Part shown: one piece after another, positions 29,850-39,023 of the stretch
Position numbering within the stretch: position 1 is the stretch's first letter
Layout: the number at the start of each line of letters is the position of its first letter
Assembly (NCBI GenBank): GCA_947473125.1
Contig: CANJDH010000014.1
Location: 470-64,469, forward strand
DNA from: Burkholderiales bacterium
GTDB taxonomy: Bacteria; Pseudomonadota; Gammaproteobacteria; Burkholderiales; JAEUOS01
Direction: 5' to 3'
Length of the DNA: 64,000 nucleotides
Notes under the pieces: model-generated
The model's database searches: none
Told to the model about the DNA's origin: nothing
The model's input: the letters and a program-made list of their open reading frames with translations, nothing else
Translations under genes and position numbers: made by a program

Positions 29850-30872
29850 TCAGAAAATCTTGGTACCGATCCACCAGCTTACGCCGGCCATGAACGCCGA
29901 GCAGGGGATGGTGAGCACCCAGGCCCAGACGATGCTGCCGGCCACGCCCCAGCGCACGGCACTGAGTTTGTTTGACGCACCGACGCCGACGATCGCGCCC
30001 GTGATGGTGTGGGTGGTCGAGACCGGCACGCCCAGGGCAGTGGCCAGGAACAGGGTGACGGCGCCGCTGGTCTCGGCGCAAAAACCGCCGACCGGCCGCA
30101 GCTTGGTGATTTTCTGCCCCATTGTCTTGACGATGCGCCAGCCACCGAACATCGTGCCCAGGCCGATGGTCAGATAGCAGGCAACCACCACCCAGCCGGG
30201 CAGGTGATCCTTGCTCGCATGCAGCCAGGTCGGCAGGCCGTCCGGATTGGCTGCGGTCGAGGCGATCAGCAGCATCCAGATGATGCCGGCGGTTTTCTGT
30301 GCGTCATTGCCGCCGTGGCCGAGGCTGAACAGTGCGGCAGACACGAGTTGCATTTTTCGGAAGACTTTGTCGACCTTGCGCGCCGTGGCGCGAAAAAACA
30401 GCCAGGAAACACTGATCATCAGGATCGCACCAAGCAAAAAGCCCAGCATCGGCGACAAGACGATGAAGATGATGGTCTTGATCAGGCCGCTGGCAATCAA
30501 TGCGCCGGAGCCCACCTTGGCCAACGCCGCGCCGGCCAGACCGCCGATCAGCGCATGCGAGGAACTCGACGGGATGCCATAGAACCAGGTGATGAAGTTC
30601 CAGGCGATCGCGCCCATCAACGCACCGAAGACGACGTAGTGATCGACGATCGAGGGGTCGATGATGCCCTTGCCAATGGTGGCCGCTACCTTGAGCGGGA
30701 AAATGAAATAGGCGAAGAAGTTGAAAAACGCCGCCCAGGCCACCGCCCAGTGGGGTTTGAGCACGCCGGTCGAGACCACGGTGGCGATCGAGTTGGCGGC
30801 ATCGTGAAAGCCGTTCATGAAGTCGAACAGCAGCGCCAGCAGCAGCAGCAGCAGCAGGATTTCGAGCGTCAT
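29850..30872 (-). CDS. pit: Inorganic phosphate transporter, PiT family
   Basis: 340 aa. FDFMNGFHDAANSIAT and GHGGNDAQK PiT signatures. Confidence 0.9.
   Translation of the reverse strand: MTLEILLLLLLLALLFDFMNGFHDAANSIATVVSTGVLKPHWAVAWAAFFNFFAYFIFPLKVAATIGKGIIDPSIVDHYVVFGALMGAIAWNFITWFYGIPSSSSHALIGGLAGAALAKVGSGALIASGLIKTIIFIVLSPMLGFLLGAILMISVSWLFFRATARKVDKVFRKMQLVSAALFSLGHGGNDAQKTAGIIWMLLIASTAANPDGLPTWLHASKDHLPGWVVVACYLTIGLGTMFGGWRIVKTMGQKITKLRPVGGFCAETSGAVTLFLATALGVPVSTTHTITGAIVGVGASNKLSAVRWGVAGSIVWAWVLTIPCSAFMAGVSWWIGTKIF
30837..30857. repeat. (CAG)7 trinucleotide repeat in the 5' end of pit, encoding a Leu7 run
   Basis: Read directly. It is in frame (CTG codons on the minus strand). Confidence 0.9.
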
Positions 30873-30905
30873 GGCGCAGACCGGCGGGCCGCAGGCCGCG
30901 AAAGG

Positions 30906-31532
30906 TCAGGCATTTTCGACCACGATGCCTTCGAGGATGTTGGCCACATCCTCGCACTTGTCGGTCACGGTCTCGAGCAGTTCGTAGATTTCCTTCATCT
31001 TGATGATGTTGAGGACGTTCGGTTCTTCGCGGAACAGCTTGGCCATGGCTGCGCGCATCACGTGGTCGGCGTCCGACTCAAGCTTGTCGATCTCCTCGCA
31101 CAACACCAGAAGATCGGCGGCATTCTCGGTCTTGGGCAGCAATTTGACAGCGGCCTGCACCTTTTCGCTGCAGCTGACGCAAATCTCGGCCAGCTTGTTG
31201 GCCTCGGGAGTCACGGCCTTGATGTCATACAGAAAAATCGAGTGGGCCACATCTTCGATCAGGTCGAGGATGTCGTCCATGGTTGTGATCAGGGTATGGA
31301 TCGCGTCGCGATCGAGCGGCGTGATAAAGGTCTTGTGCAGCAGCTCAACCGTCTGGTGCGTGATCTTGTCGGCCTTTTTCTCAATGGTTTCAATCGAGTA
31401 GGCGCGACGGTCGAGATTGTCGAACTGGGTCATCATGGCCGCAAGTTCACGACTCCCATCGACGATCTGCTGCGCGTGTTCGTTGAAGAATTCAAAAAAA
31501 CGGCCCTCTTGGGGCATGAATCTGCCGAACAT
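30906..31532 (-). CDS. DUF47 / PhoU-like phosphate-transport regulator (Pit accessory protein)
   Basis: Start MFGRFMPQEGRFFEFF at 31532. ~208 aa helical DUF47 sequence. Directly upstream of pit. Confidence 0.85.
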   Translation of the reverse strand: MFGRFMPQEGRFFEFFNEHAQQIVDGSRELAAMMTQFDNLDRRAYSIETIEKKADKITHQTVELLHKTFITPLDRDAIHTLITTMDDILDLIEDVAHSIFLYDIKAVTPEANKLAEICVSCSEKVQAAVKLLPKTENAADLLVLCEEIDKLESDADHVMRAAMAKLFREEPNVLNIIKMKEIYELLETVTDKCEDVANILEGIVVENA

Positions 31533-31803
31533 GATCACTCCTCGAGCGGATTGTCGCGCTCGAAACGCAGCGCCGCGCGGATTATAGGGGCAAGTCATCA
31601 AGCTGACATATTTGATGCGGGCAGCGCCTGCGCCGTGCGTGGCACCGAGTGCGCGGGCCGCCGTGATGCCGGCGCACTCGGGGTGGAGTCCGACTGCTTC
31701 GGTGTTAGGCTTCGCGCCGTCGTAGCATGGCGGGACACTGGGCCGGTCGACGCGGGCATGGCCCCGTCGGCGGCGTTTGATCGACATTTTTCGCGGGACG
31801 CGC

Positions 31804-33012
31804 ATGCTCAAAGATCGGTTGTTTTATGGCTGGGTGGTGGTTGGCTGCGTGCATCTGCTGCTGTTCACGATTTTCGGCGTAGCGTATTCGTTCTCGTCGT
31901 TTTTTGGCGCCTTGCAGAACGAATTTCACGCCAATCGCGCGGCTACGTCGTTTGCGTTTGCGATTGCCGTGTTCCTGTATTTCGTGGTGGGCGTCGTGGC
32001 TGGCGTGGTTGCGGATCGTACCCACGTGCGTTGGGTGACCGGCTTCGGCATCCTGGCGCTGGCACTTGGCATGGGGCTGGCCGCCCGGGCGCAATCGCTC
32101 ACCCTGTTTTATCTGTGCTATGGCCTTGGCGTCGGCATTGGAGTCGGATGCGCCTATGTGCCGTCGATTGCATCGGTGCAGCCCTGGTTCATCAAGCGCC
32201 GTGGCCTGGCCGCAGGGATAGCGTCAGCCGGCATTGGACTGGGGACCCTGGTCGGGCCGCTGGCTGCAGCCGCATTGATCGAACGGGTTGGCTGGCGCGA
32301 CACGCTGACCCTGTTTGCCGTGATCACGCTGGTACTGGGCCTGTCGACCTTGTTACTTGAGAAGTCACCCAAAGCGAAAGGCCTGTACCCGGACAATGAT
32401 CCGGCCGCCCAGCTCAATCTGGCAGTTTCGGGGATGGGCTTTCGCGAGGCGCTCGCCGCGCGCGAGTTTCGCCTCCTTTTCCTGTCTGGCCTGGCCATGT
32501 CGGCGGCGCAGTTCATGCCGTTTGTGCACCTTGCGCGCCATGCGGCGGATCGCGGGTTTGAGCCCGCAGTGGCGGCCAGTTTGCTCGGGCTGATCGGCAT
32601 CGGCAGTTTCATCGGACGATTTTTCCTGACCGGTGTTGCGGATCGGGTGGGCAACCGCAACATGCTCGCCGCCAGCTATGCGGGGATGGGTGTTGCCTTT
32701 CTGTGGTGGCTGGCGAGTCTTGGCTTGCCACCCAGTTTCCCGGCCCTCGCCGTATTTGCTTTGGTTTTCGGGTCGAGCTATGGCGCGATGGTTGGCGTGT
32801 GCCCGCCGTTGTGCATGTCGTATTTCGGCGGGCGTGCCTTGTCGAGCATCATTGCTGCAGTGTATCTGGCAGCCGGGATCGGCGGCCTGTTTGCGCCGAC
32901 GTTCGCAGGCTACATGCATGACCTGACGCAATCCTATGCCGTGCCCCTGGCGTTGGGCGTGGCCGCCAATGCCCTTGCGATGTGGGTCGCCCTGCGCCTG
33001 CCGCGCGCCTGA
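31804..33012 (+). CDS. MFS transporter
   Basis: 12-TM style sequence. Start at ATG 31804, with an alternative TTG at 31777. A hairpin plus T-run follows. Confidence 0.75.
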   Translation: MLKDRLFYGWVVVGCVHLLLFTIFGVAYSFSSFFGALQNEFHANRAATSFAFAIAVFLYFVVGVVAGVVADRTHVRWVTGFGILALALGMGLAARAQSLTLFYLCYGLGVGIGVGCAYVPSIASVQPWFIKRRGLAAGIASAGIGLGTLVGPLAAAALIERVGWRDTLTLFAVITLVLGLSTLLLEKSPKAKGLYPDNDPAAQLNLAVSGMGFREALAAREFRLLFLSGLAMSAAQFMPFVHLARHAADRGFEPAVAASLLGLIGIGSFIGRFFLTGVADRVGNRNMLAASYAGMGVAFLWWLASLGLPPSFPALAVFALVFGSSYGAMVGVCPPLCMSYFGGRALSSIIAAVYLAAGIGGLFAPTFAGYMHDLTQSYAVPLALGVAANALAMWVALRLPRA

Positions 33013-33017
33013 GGCAT

Positions 33018-33043
33018 GGCGCCGCTATACTGGGCGCCTTTTT
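33018..33043 (+). terminator. Rho-independent terminator after the MFS gene
   Basis: GGCGCC-gctatactg-GGCGCC followed by TTTTT. Confidence 0.5.
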
Positions 33044-33078
33044 AACGGGGGCTTTTCCCCATCAAGTGGAGACGTTTC

Positions 33079-33414
33079 ATGTCCGGCCTGATCATCGAAG
33101 ACATCACCATCGGCAGCGGCGCAGAAGCTGTTGCCGGTACCCACATCAGCGTGCATTACACGGGCTGGCTGTTCAATGACGGCAAGCAGGGCCCCAAGTT
33201 CGATTCATCCAAGGACCGCGGTGAGCCGTTTGCCTTTCCGCTGGGCGCCGGCCATGTGATCCGCGGCTGGGATGAAGGTTTTGCCGGCATGAAAGTCGGC
33301 GGTGTGCGCAAGCTGACGATCCCGCCCGAGATGGGTTACGGCGCACGCGGTGCGGGAGGCGTCATTCCGCCAAACGCAACCTTGCTGTTCGAGGTGGAGT
33401 TGCTGGGCGTCTAG
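33079..33414 (+). CDS. FKBP-type peptidyl-prolyl cis-trans isomerase
   Basis: 111 aa. VHYTGWL...GKKFDSS-like, [27 protein letters not shown]. Confidence 0.9.
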   Translation: MSGLIIEDITIGSGAEAVAGTHISVHYTGWLFNDGKQGPKFDSSKDRGEPFAFPLGAGHVIRGWDEGFAGMKVGGVRKLTIPPEMGYGARGAGGVIPPNATLLFEVELLGV

Positions 33415-33456
33415 CCCGGACGGGCAAGTCGCTTGCGGAGCCTGGCCACATAAAGC

Positions 33457-33492
33457 AAAAGCCCGGCCCGATATTCATCGGGTCGGGCTTTT
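33457..33492. terminator. Bidirectional terminator between FKBP and phaP
   Basis: AAAA-GCCCGGCCCGAT-attc-ATCGGGTCGGGC-TTTT (12-bp stem with one G-U pair). Confidence 0.7.
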
Positions 33493-33530
33493 GCCTTGCA
33501 CCGGTCAACGGCAACCGGTGAGACGTGTGA

Positions 33531-34088
33531 TTACTTGCGCTTTGCGGCGGTCTTGGTCGCGGCCTTGACGTTCTCTGCAGCCTTGGTCGCCACGTTGGCG
33601 AGGTTGGCTTCTGCCATGTCGACAGCCTGTTTGGCGATCTTGCTGGCGTTGTCATAAGCCGAGGTGGCGGCGGCAACAGCCGATTTGAATGCTGCAACAG
33701 CGGTTTCGGAGCCGGCGGGTGCATTTTTGAGCGACTTGTCGACCAGGGTGGCAAACTCTTTTTGCATCGAGGACGATTGCTCTTCAGCCGACTTGCGCAG
33801 GGCTGCCTGGGTTTCGGCAACGATGCCGTAGACTTGTTTGCTGTAGCTGATCGACTTCTCGACGGCCGGTTGGGCCAGGCTGGCGTTGAACGCCATCAGT
33901 TCCTTGGCATCCTTGACTTCAAGTGCGGCGCGCGCGGTCGAGGTGGACTCGTCGAACATGGCCTTGCAGGTGGCGATGTTGAGTTCGACCAGCTTCTCGA
34001 AGCCGGCAAACCCGGTCGAAGCAACGGCGAAGAAATTGTCGAAACCGGCTTTACCGGCGGATGCGAACTGCTCAGGAGTGGTGTACAT
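33531..34088 (-). CDS. phaP: Phasin (PHA granule-associated protein)
   Basis: Start MYTTPEQFASAGKAGFDNFF at 34088. Ala-rich helical phasin family sequence. AT-rich promoter upstream. Confidence 0.85.
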   Translation of the reverse strand: MYTTPEQFASAGKAGFDNFFAVASTGFAGFEKLVELNIATCKAMFDESTSTARAALEVKDAKELMAFNASLAQPAVEKSISYSKQVYGIVAETQAALRKSAEEQSSSMQKEFATLVDKSLKNAPAGSETAVAAFKSAVAAATSAYDNASKIAKQAVDMAEANLANVATKAAENVKAATKTAAKRK

Positions 34089-34161
34089 GGTGTTTCCCTC
34101 AGGTTGGTGAATGACGGGTTTGCTACGGGTTTGAAACTTGACCTTTTCGGATACACATCTA

Positions 34162-34234
34162 TTGGTGCATCGCAACAATTCAAATTATATGGATGAAAAA
34201 AGTGAAGTCAAGAGGTTTTTGGTGCGATGCAGCA
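34162..34234 (-). promoter_or_regulatory. Two TGC-N3-GCA boxes upstream of phaP (possible PhaR operators)
   Basis: TTGGTGCATCGCAACA (34162..34177) and TTGGTGCGATGCAGCA (34219..34234), 57 bp apart, in the AT-rich phasin promoter. Confidence 0.3.
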
Positions 34235-34409
34235 TGCCGTCCAATATTTGTCTGTAACATATTGATTATTAATTATTTAAAAGAATTAGTGTGACGCTAC
34301 TATTAACCGAGGGTGAGAATCTTTGCGACGTGCGGGAGTTTCGCTGCGCTGCAAGAAGGGCAGTCGATTCGGCGCGGTTGAACGGGGCCGCGTGCGTTGG
34401 AGTGAATCC

Positions 34410-35318
34410 TTGACCGATTCGGGTGGCCGCAGCGGATTGTTTGTACGCGCCATGCCGGCGTTGTTTGTGCTGCTATGGGCCACAGGGTTCATTGGCGCCA
34501 AGTTTGGGCTGCCGTATGCGCCGCCACTCAAGTTCCTCCTGTGGCGGTTTGCGACCGTCATCGCGCTCATGATGATGCTGGCACTCGCCACGCGGGCGGT
34601 GTGGCCGCGCGGCGCGCAGATCGGGCATGTCGCGATGGCCGGCGTGCTGCTCCAGGCAGGCTACCTGGGCGGGGTGTTCGTGTCGATTGACCTTGGCATG
34701 TCGGCCGGCGTGTCGGCGCTGATCGTCAGTCTGCAGCCGATACTGACTGCCGCCTATGCGTCAACATCGACGTCATCACTGGGCGAGCGCGTGAGCGGGC
34801 GCCAGTGGGTCGGCTTTGTGCTCGGATTTGGCGGGGTTGCGCTGGTGGTGTCCGGCAAAGTGGGCAGCGGCGGGCTTGGTTGGGCCTCGCTTGGTGCGGC
34901 AACCCTGGGCTTGCTATCGATGACTGCTGGTACGCTTTACCAGAAGCGTTTTTGCGGCACCCAGGACCTGCGGACCCAGTCCGTCGTGCAGTTTGTGGCT
35001 GCAGGGGCGGTTCTGCTGCCGCTGTCGCTGGTTTTCGAGACCGGCAGCGTTGAATGGACCGGCTCGTTCGTATTCGCCCTGGGCTGGCTGGTCGTGGTGC
35101 TGTCGTTCGGTGCCATCTCGTTGTTGCTGCTGCTGATTCGTCGCGGCGCTGCCACTCAGGTATCGAGCTTGATGTATCTTGTGCCGCCGGTAACCGCGCT
35201 GGTGGCCTGGTTGCTGTTCGATGAAAAGCTCACGCCGCTGGCGTTTGCCGGCATGGGTCTGGCGGTCGCCGGTGTGGCACTGGTTGTTCGGGTACCGGTG
35301 CGCCGTGCGAGCTATTGA
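34410..35318 (+). CDS. DMT-superfamily (EamA) transporter
   Basis: 10-TM EamA-like sequence. Start proposed at TTG 34410 (GGAG 7 nt upstream). An ATG at 34452 is the alternative. Confidence 0.7.
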   Translation: MTDSGGRSGLFVRAMPALFVLLWATGFIGAKFGLPYAPPLKFLLWRFATVIALMMMLALATRAVWPRGAQIGHVAMAGVLLQAGYLGGVFVSIDLGMSAGVSALIVSLQPILTAAYASTSTSSLGERVSGRQWVGFVLGFGGVALVVSGKVGSGGLGWASLGAATLGLLSMTAGTLYQKRFCGTQDLRTQSVVQFVAAGAVLLPLSLVFETGSVEWTGSFVFALGWLVVVLSFGAISLLLLLIRRGAATQVSSLMYLVPPVTALVAWLLFDEKLTPLAFAGMGLAVAGVALVVRVPVRRASY

Positions 35319-35372
35319 GGTAGAAGTTCGCGTTGATGCAAAAATCCCCTTTGGCCCGTTGAAAGGATCACC

Positions 35373-36077
35373 ATGCAAGCGCAGCAAAGCGTCGATCATG
35401 CAATCACCAGCCGCCGCTCGGTGCGCGGTTTTCTTGCGACACCGGTGCCGCGTGGCGTCATCGAGGACATTCTCACTGTGGCCGGTCGTGCCCCGTCGGG
35501 CACCAATATCCAGGAGTGGAAGGTCTACGTGCTGACCGGCAGTGCCAAGCAGAGGCTCAGCGCCAGCGTGCTGGCAGCGCACGATGCGGATTACGAGCGC
35601 AAGAAGCGCAAGGAGCCGCCGCTGCACGCCGAGGAATACCAGTACTACCCGCGCCAGTGGTTCGAGCCGTACCTCGGGCGCCGCCGCAAGCTCGGCTGGG
35701 ATCTGTACGGGCTGCTCGGCATCGGCAAGACCGACTACGACAAAATGCACGCGCAGCACGGGCTCAATTACACGTTTTTTGGGGCACCGGTCGGATTGAT
35801 TTTCACGATAGACCGGCGCATGGAAGCCGGCTGCTGGCTGGACTACGGCATGTTCCTGCAGAACATCATGGTCGCGGCCCGCGGCCGTGGCCTAGACACC
35901 TGCCCGCAGCAGGCCTTTGCAACCTACCACCAGGTAGTCGGGGCCGCACTGGCACTGCCTGAAAACGAACAGGTATTGTGCGGAATGTCGCTTGGGTATG
36001 AGGACCCTGCTGCGGTGGCAAACCAGCTCAGGACCGAGCGGGCGGCGCTATCGGAATTTGCGGTATTCCGGGATTGA
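35373..36077 (+). CDS. Nitroreductase-family flavoprotein
   Basis: 234 aa. RRSVRGF and APSGTNIQ motifs. Confidence 0.85.
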   Translation: MQAQQSVDHAITSRRSVRGFLATPVPRGVIEDILTVAGRAPSGTNIQEWKVYVLTGSAKQRLSASVLAAHDADYERKKRKEPPLHAEEYQYYPRQWFEPYLGRRRKLGWDLYGLLGIGKTDYDKMHAQHGLNYTFFGAPVGLIFTIDRRMEAGCWLDYGMFLQNIMVAARGRGLDTCPQQAFATYHQVVGAALALPENEQVLCGMSLGYEDPAAVANQLRTERAALSEFAVFRD

Positions 36078-36097
36078 CGGCGTGGCGCGCGGTTATC

Positions 36098-36215
36098 CTA
36101 GGGAAGGGCTGAATAAGTCCGCAGGGAAGGAACACCGCTCTTGCAACACCCTGATTTCGTTCAATACTGTCGTGCGGTAGCCCGCAGATCAGGGACTTAT
36201 TCAGCTTTTCCCTAG
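36098..36215. mobile_element. IS5-family-derived MITE (about 110 bp) flanked by CTAG target duplication
   Basis: Terminal inverted repeats GGAAGGGCTGAATAAGTCC (36102..) and the reverse complement of 36192..36211, GGAAAAGCTGAATAAGTCCCTGAT. CTAG occurs at both ends (36098..36101, 36212..36215). No transposase. The IR resembles, from memory, the IS5 end GGAAGGTGCGAACAAGTCCCTGAT. Confidence 0.55.
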
Positions 36216-36913
36216 TTGGTCATGGCGCCGGCATCCACCGTATTGCCGCTCTTGACCGCCATTTGTTGCATGCGCGCCTGTTTGAGCGTGTCTGCAATCT
36301 GCGAGTGGCCCAGGCGTAGCGCCAGATCTACCGCCGAATCGCCTTCGGTGTTGACCAGTGTCGAATCGGCACCGTTGCGCAGGAATAATTCAACCAGGCC
36401 GGCGTGTCCCTTTGCCGCAGCGTACATCAGGCACGAATATCCCCCCGGTCCGCGCACGTTCGGGTCAAGGTTCATGTTGAGCAGCTTCTGCGCGTAAACC
36501 AGGTTGCCCTTTTCGATTGCGTAGAATAGGGCCTTCTGCGCTTCGGTACTGTTGTCGCGCTCCAGGCCCGTGGGCATCAGCTTGACCATGTGGTTGATCA
36601 GGGACACCCCGACCATCAACGCCAGGGCGAGAATCAGGGGGATCTTGGAAATGCCGAGCGCCTGCGCGTACTGGCCGGGCAAATTGGCGCCGATCACCAG
36701 CAGCACGATGATCAGAAAAAACGTAAACCGCATGTACAGCAGCAGGGCGACGAACACGACGGCGCCGAGCGTAATGAGCAGGTATTCAACCTTGATTCCC
36801 AATCCGTCCGTGAGGCTTGCCGGCAGGTTTGCCAGCAGTGCGATCACCGCTACCATGCCGACCAGAATCCATTCTTTTTTGCTGATTTTGAGATTCATTG
36901 ACTGTTTCTCCAT
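36212..36913 (-). CDS. Membrane-anchored ankyrin-repeat protein
   Basis: N-terminal half has 3-4 predicted TM helices. C-terminal ANK repeats (YSCLMYAAAKGHAGLVELFLRNGAD, DSAVDLALRLGH). GC is visibly lower than in neighbours. The start may be the second ATG at 36898 (GGAGA RBS). Confidence 0.75.
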   Translation of the reverse strand: MEKQSMNLKISKKEWILVGMVAVIALLANLPASLTDGLGIKVEYLLITLGAVVFVALLLYMRFTFFLIIVLLVIGANLPGQYAQALGISKIPLILALALMVGVSLINHMVKLMPTGLERDNSTEAQKALFYAIEKGNLVYAQKLLNMNLDPNVRGPGGYSCLMYAAAKGHAGLVELFLRNGADSTLVNTEGDSAVDLALRLGHSQIADTLKQARMQQMAVKSGNTVDAGAMTN

Positions 36914-37006
36914 TGCCGTTTTAGCTTTATGCCGTGATTGTGCCGGATTTTCCGCCCGGCCACCATGTCCGGATGCCGGTTATCGCGCACCCTCGCGGCC
37001 GGGTCG

Positions 37007-37924
37007 ATGAGTTCACCGAAGCACGCTGGCACCGCGATACCGCGTAGCGCTTACGTCTTGCTCGTTGTGTTGGCGCTCTTCTGGGGAGGGAATTGGCCGG
37101 TACTCAAGATCGCCGTGCGCGAATTGCCGGTATTCTGGTTTCGGCTGGTCTGCGTGTGGGGCAGCATGGTGGGCCTGTTTGCCATCGCGGCAGCCTCGGG
37201 ATTGCCGCTGGCCCTGCCGCGCGGCGAGCGCGGGCGCCTGCTGCTGGTGGCACTGTTTTCGATTGTCGGCTGGAACGCGTTTTCCGGCTTCGGCGTCCTG
37301 CTGTTGCCTGCCGGGCGCGCTTCCATGATCGGTTACACCATGCCTCTCTGGCTGGTGCTGCTTTCGGCGTGGGTTCTGCGCGAGAGACTCAACGGGCGCA
37401 GCATCGCCGGGCTCATCATGGGGCTGCTCGGCATTGCATTGCTGATGGCAGAAGACCTGTCGGCGATCTCGAGCACCCCGGTCGGTACGTTGTGCATGCT
37501 TGGCGCCGCGACCACCTGGGCGATCGGCATCACCTTGGTGAAGGCGCGCCCGTTTTCCATGCCTCCGACCGTGCAGACAGCCTGGATGATGGCTGCGGGC
37601 GGGGTGCCCCTGGCGCTGCTTGCGGCGTTGAACGGCGGGCTTGGAATACCTGCGATGTCTGCCGCCGCGTTCTGGGCGCTCGTGTATAACGTGCTGATCG
37701 CCGGGGTGCTGTGCTACTGGGCGTTCTATAAGCTGGTCGGCTTGGTACCGGCTAGCGTCACCGCGATATCGAGCTTGAGCGTACCGGTGGTGGGCGTGTT
37801 GCTGAGCATGGCGATGCTCGGCGAAACGCCAAGCCCGCGCGATTGGATCGCGCTGGTGCTCATCGTCGGTGCGTTGGCCGTCGTTCTGGTGCTACCGGGA
37901 AGGCCGACACGCACGCGATCTTGA
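37007..37924 (+). CDS. DMT-superfamily (EamA) transporter
   Basis: 10-TM EamA-like sequence (LFWGGNWPVLK). Start is uncertain (36938/36965/37007). Confidence 0.7.
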   Translation: MSSPKHAGTAIPRSAYVLLVVLALFWGGNWPVLKIAVRELPVFWFRLVCVWGSMVGLFAIAAASGLPLALPRGERGRLLLVALFSIVGWNAFSGFGVLLLPAGRASMIGYTMPLWLVLLSAWVLRERLNGRSIAGLIMGLLGIALLMAEDLSAISSTPVGTLCMLGAATTWAIGITLVKARPFSMPPTVQTAWMMAAGGVPLALLAALNGGLGIPAMSAAAFWALVYNVLIAGVLCYWAFYKLVGLVPASVTAISSLSVPVVGVLLSMAMLGETPSPRDWIALVLIVGALAVVLVLPGRPTRTRS

Positions 37925-38060
37925 TCGGCACCAGTAAAGACCAAAGCATCTTGGCCTATTCTAGAAAAAATCCCGATTAGTGCTGTAACGCCTTCATTCT
38001 TGTAATTTATTTCAAATTGACTAAAATCCGCAGTTGGGATCGAAATCGGGGGAGCGGCCA

Positions 38061-39005
38061 ATGGCTGTGAGGAGCAAACGGATCGGTTGGACTCTCGCCC
38101 TTTGCATCGCCTTGGCACCCCTGCTTGCCGAGGCAACGCAGCAGAAGGACAAGTCGCGTCGCGCCAACGTGGTCGCCAAGAAGAAGCTCAATCCGCACCA
38201 GGCGGCCTATCAGGTGCGGGCGCTCAAGGTGTCGGCAGCCGGCGCGGGGCTGGGCCTCAAATCCAATGTTGCGCTGGTAGTCGACCAGGTTACGGGTGAA
38301 ACGATATTTTCAAAAAATATCGATGACGTCCACCCGGTTGCTTCGATTACCAAGTTGATGACATCGCTGGTCATCCTGGACGCGCAGGTGGCATTGACCC
38401 AGCGGGTGGAAATTACCGGCGAGGACATCGACACCGAGCGCGGCAGCCGTTCGCGCCTCAAGGTGGGGACCGAACTGTCACGCAACGACATGCTGCACCT
38501 GGCCTTGATGGCCTCGGAAAATCGCGCTGCCCATGCCTTGGGCCGCACCTTCCCTGGCGGCTTGTCGGCGTTCGTCGAGGCGATGAACGCCAAGGCGCGC
38601 GAACTGGGCATGATGAGCACCCGTTTTGTCGATCCGACCGGCCTGTCGAGCGCCAACGTGTCGACAGCGGCCGACCTTGCCAAGCTGGTCCGTGAAACGC
38701 ACCGGCACAGTCTGATCCGCCAGTATTCGACCAATACATCTCACCAGGTGAACGTGGCCGGGCGTGAAATCAAGTTCAACAATACCAATCGCCTGGTTGC
38801 CAGCGAGAAGTGGGAGATTGGCCTGTCCAAGACCGGCTTCATCAACGAGGCCGGTCGTTGCCTCGTCATGCAGGCAAAAATTCAGGGACGGCCGATGGTG
38901 ATAGTGCTGCTCGATTCCTGGGGCAAGTTGTCGCGGATTGGTGACGCCAACCGTATCAAGAAATGGCTGACGTCATCCGCGTCGGCCAACGCTGCGACGA
39001 GCTGA
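38061..39005 (+). CDS. pbpG: D-alanyl-D-alanine endopeptidase (PBP7-like, peptidase S11)
   Basis: GGGAG RBS and ATG 38061. Signal peptide. Active-site SITK, SEN (MASENRAA) and KTG (LSKTGF) motifs. Confidence 0.85.
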   Translation: MAVRSKRIGWTLALCIALAPLLAEATQQKDKSRRANVVAKKKLNPHQAAYQVRALKVSAAGAGLGLKSNVALVVDQVTGETIFSKNIDDVHPVASITKLMTSLVILDAQVALTQRVEITGEDIDTERGSRSRLKVGTELSRNDMLHLALMASENRAAHALGRTFPGGLSAFVEAMNAKARELGMMSTRFVDPTGLSSANVSTAADLAKLVRETHRHSLIRQYSTNTSHQVNVAGREIKFNNTNRLVASEKWEIGLSKTGFINEAGRCLVMQAKIQGRPMVIVLLDSWGKLSRIGDANRIKKWLTSSASANAATS

Positions 39006-39023
39006 AACCAACCCGTTTTGCGC

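Noticed and set aside
30837-30857. (CAG)7 repeat in pit as a possible phase-variation switch
   Set aside because: The repeat unit is 3 nt, so slippage keeps the frame and only changes the length of a Leu run in the first TM helix. This is not an on/off switch.
31581-31609. Possible Pho box plus TATAAT promoter for the DUF47-pit operon (minus strand)
   Set aside because: The -10 hexamer is perfect. However, the two 7-bp half-sites match CTGTCAT at only 5/7 and 4/7, which is too weak to call PhoB control from sequence alone.
30009-32360. 783-aa plus-strand ORF, the longest in the track
   Set aside because: It runs antisense to the clearly recognisable pit and DUF47 genes and into the MFS gene. 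Its translation is low-complexity Arg/Gly/Ala/Asp/His-rich with no motifs. This is a typical GC-rich shadow ORF.
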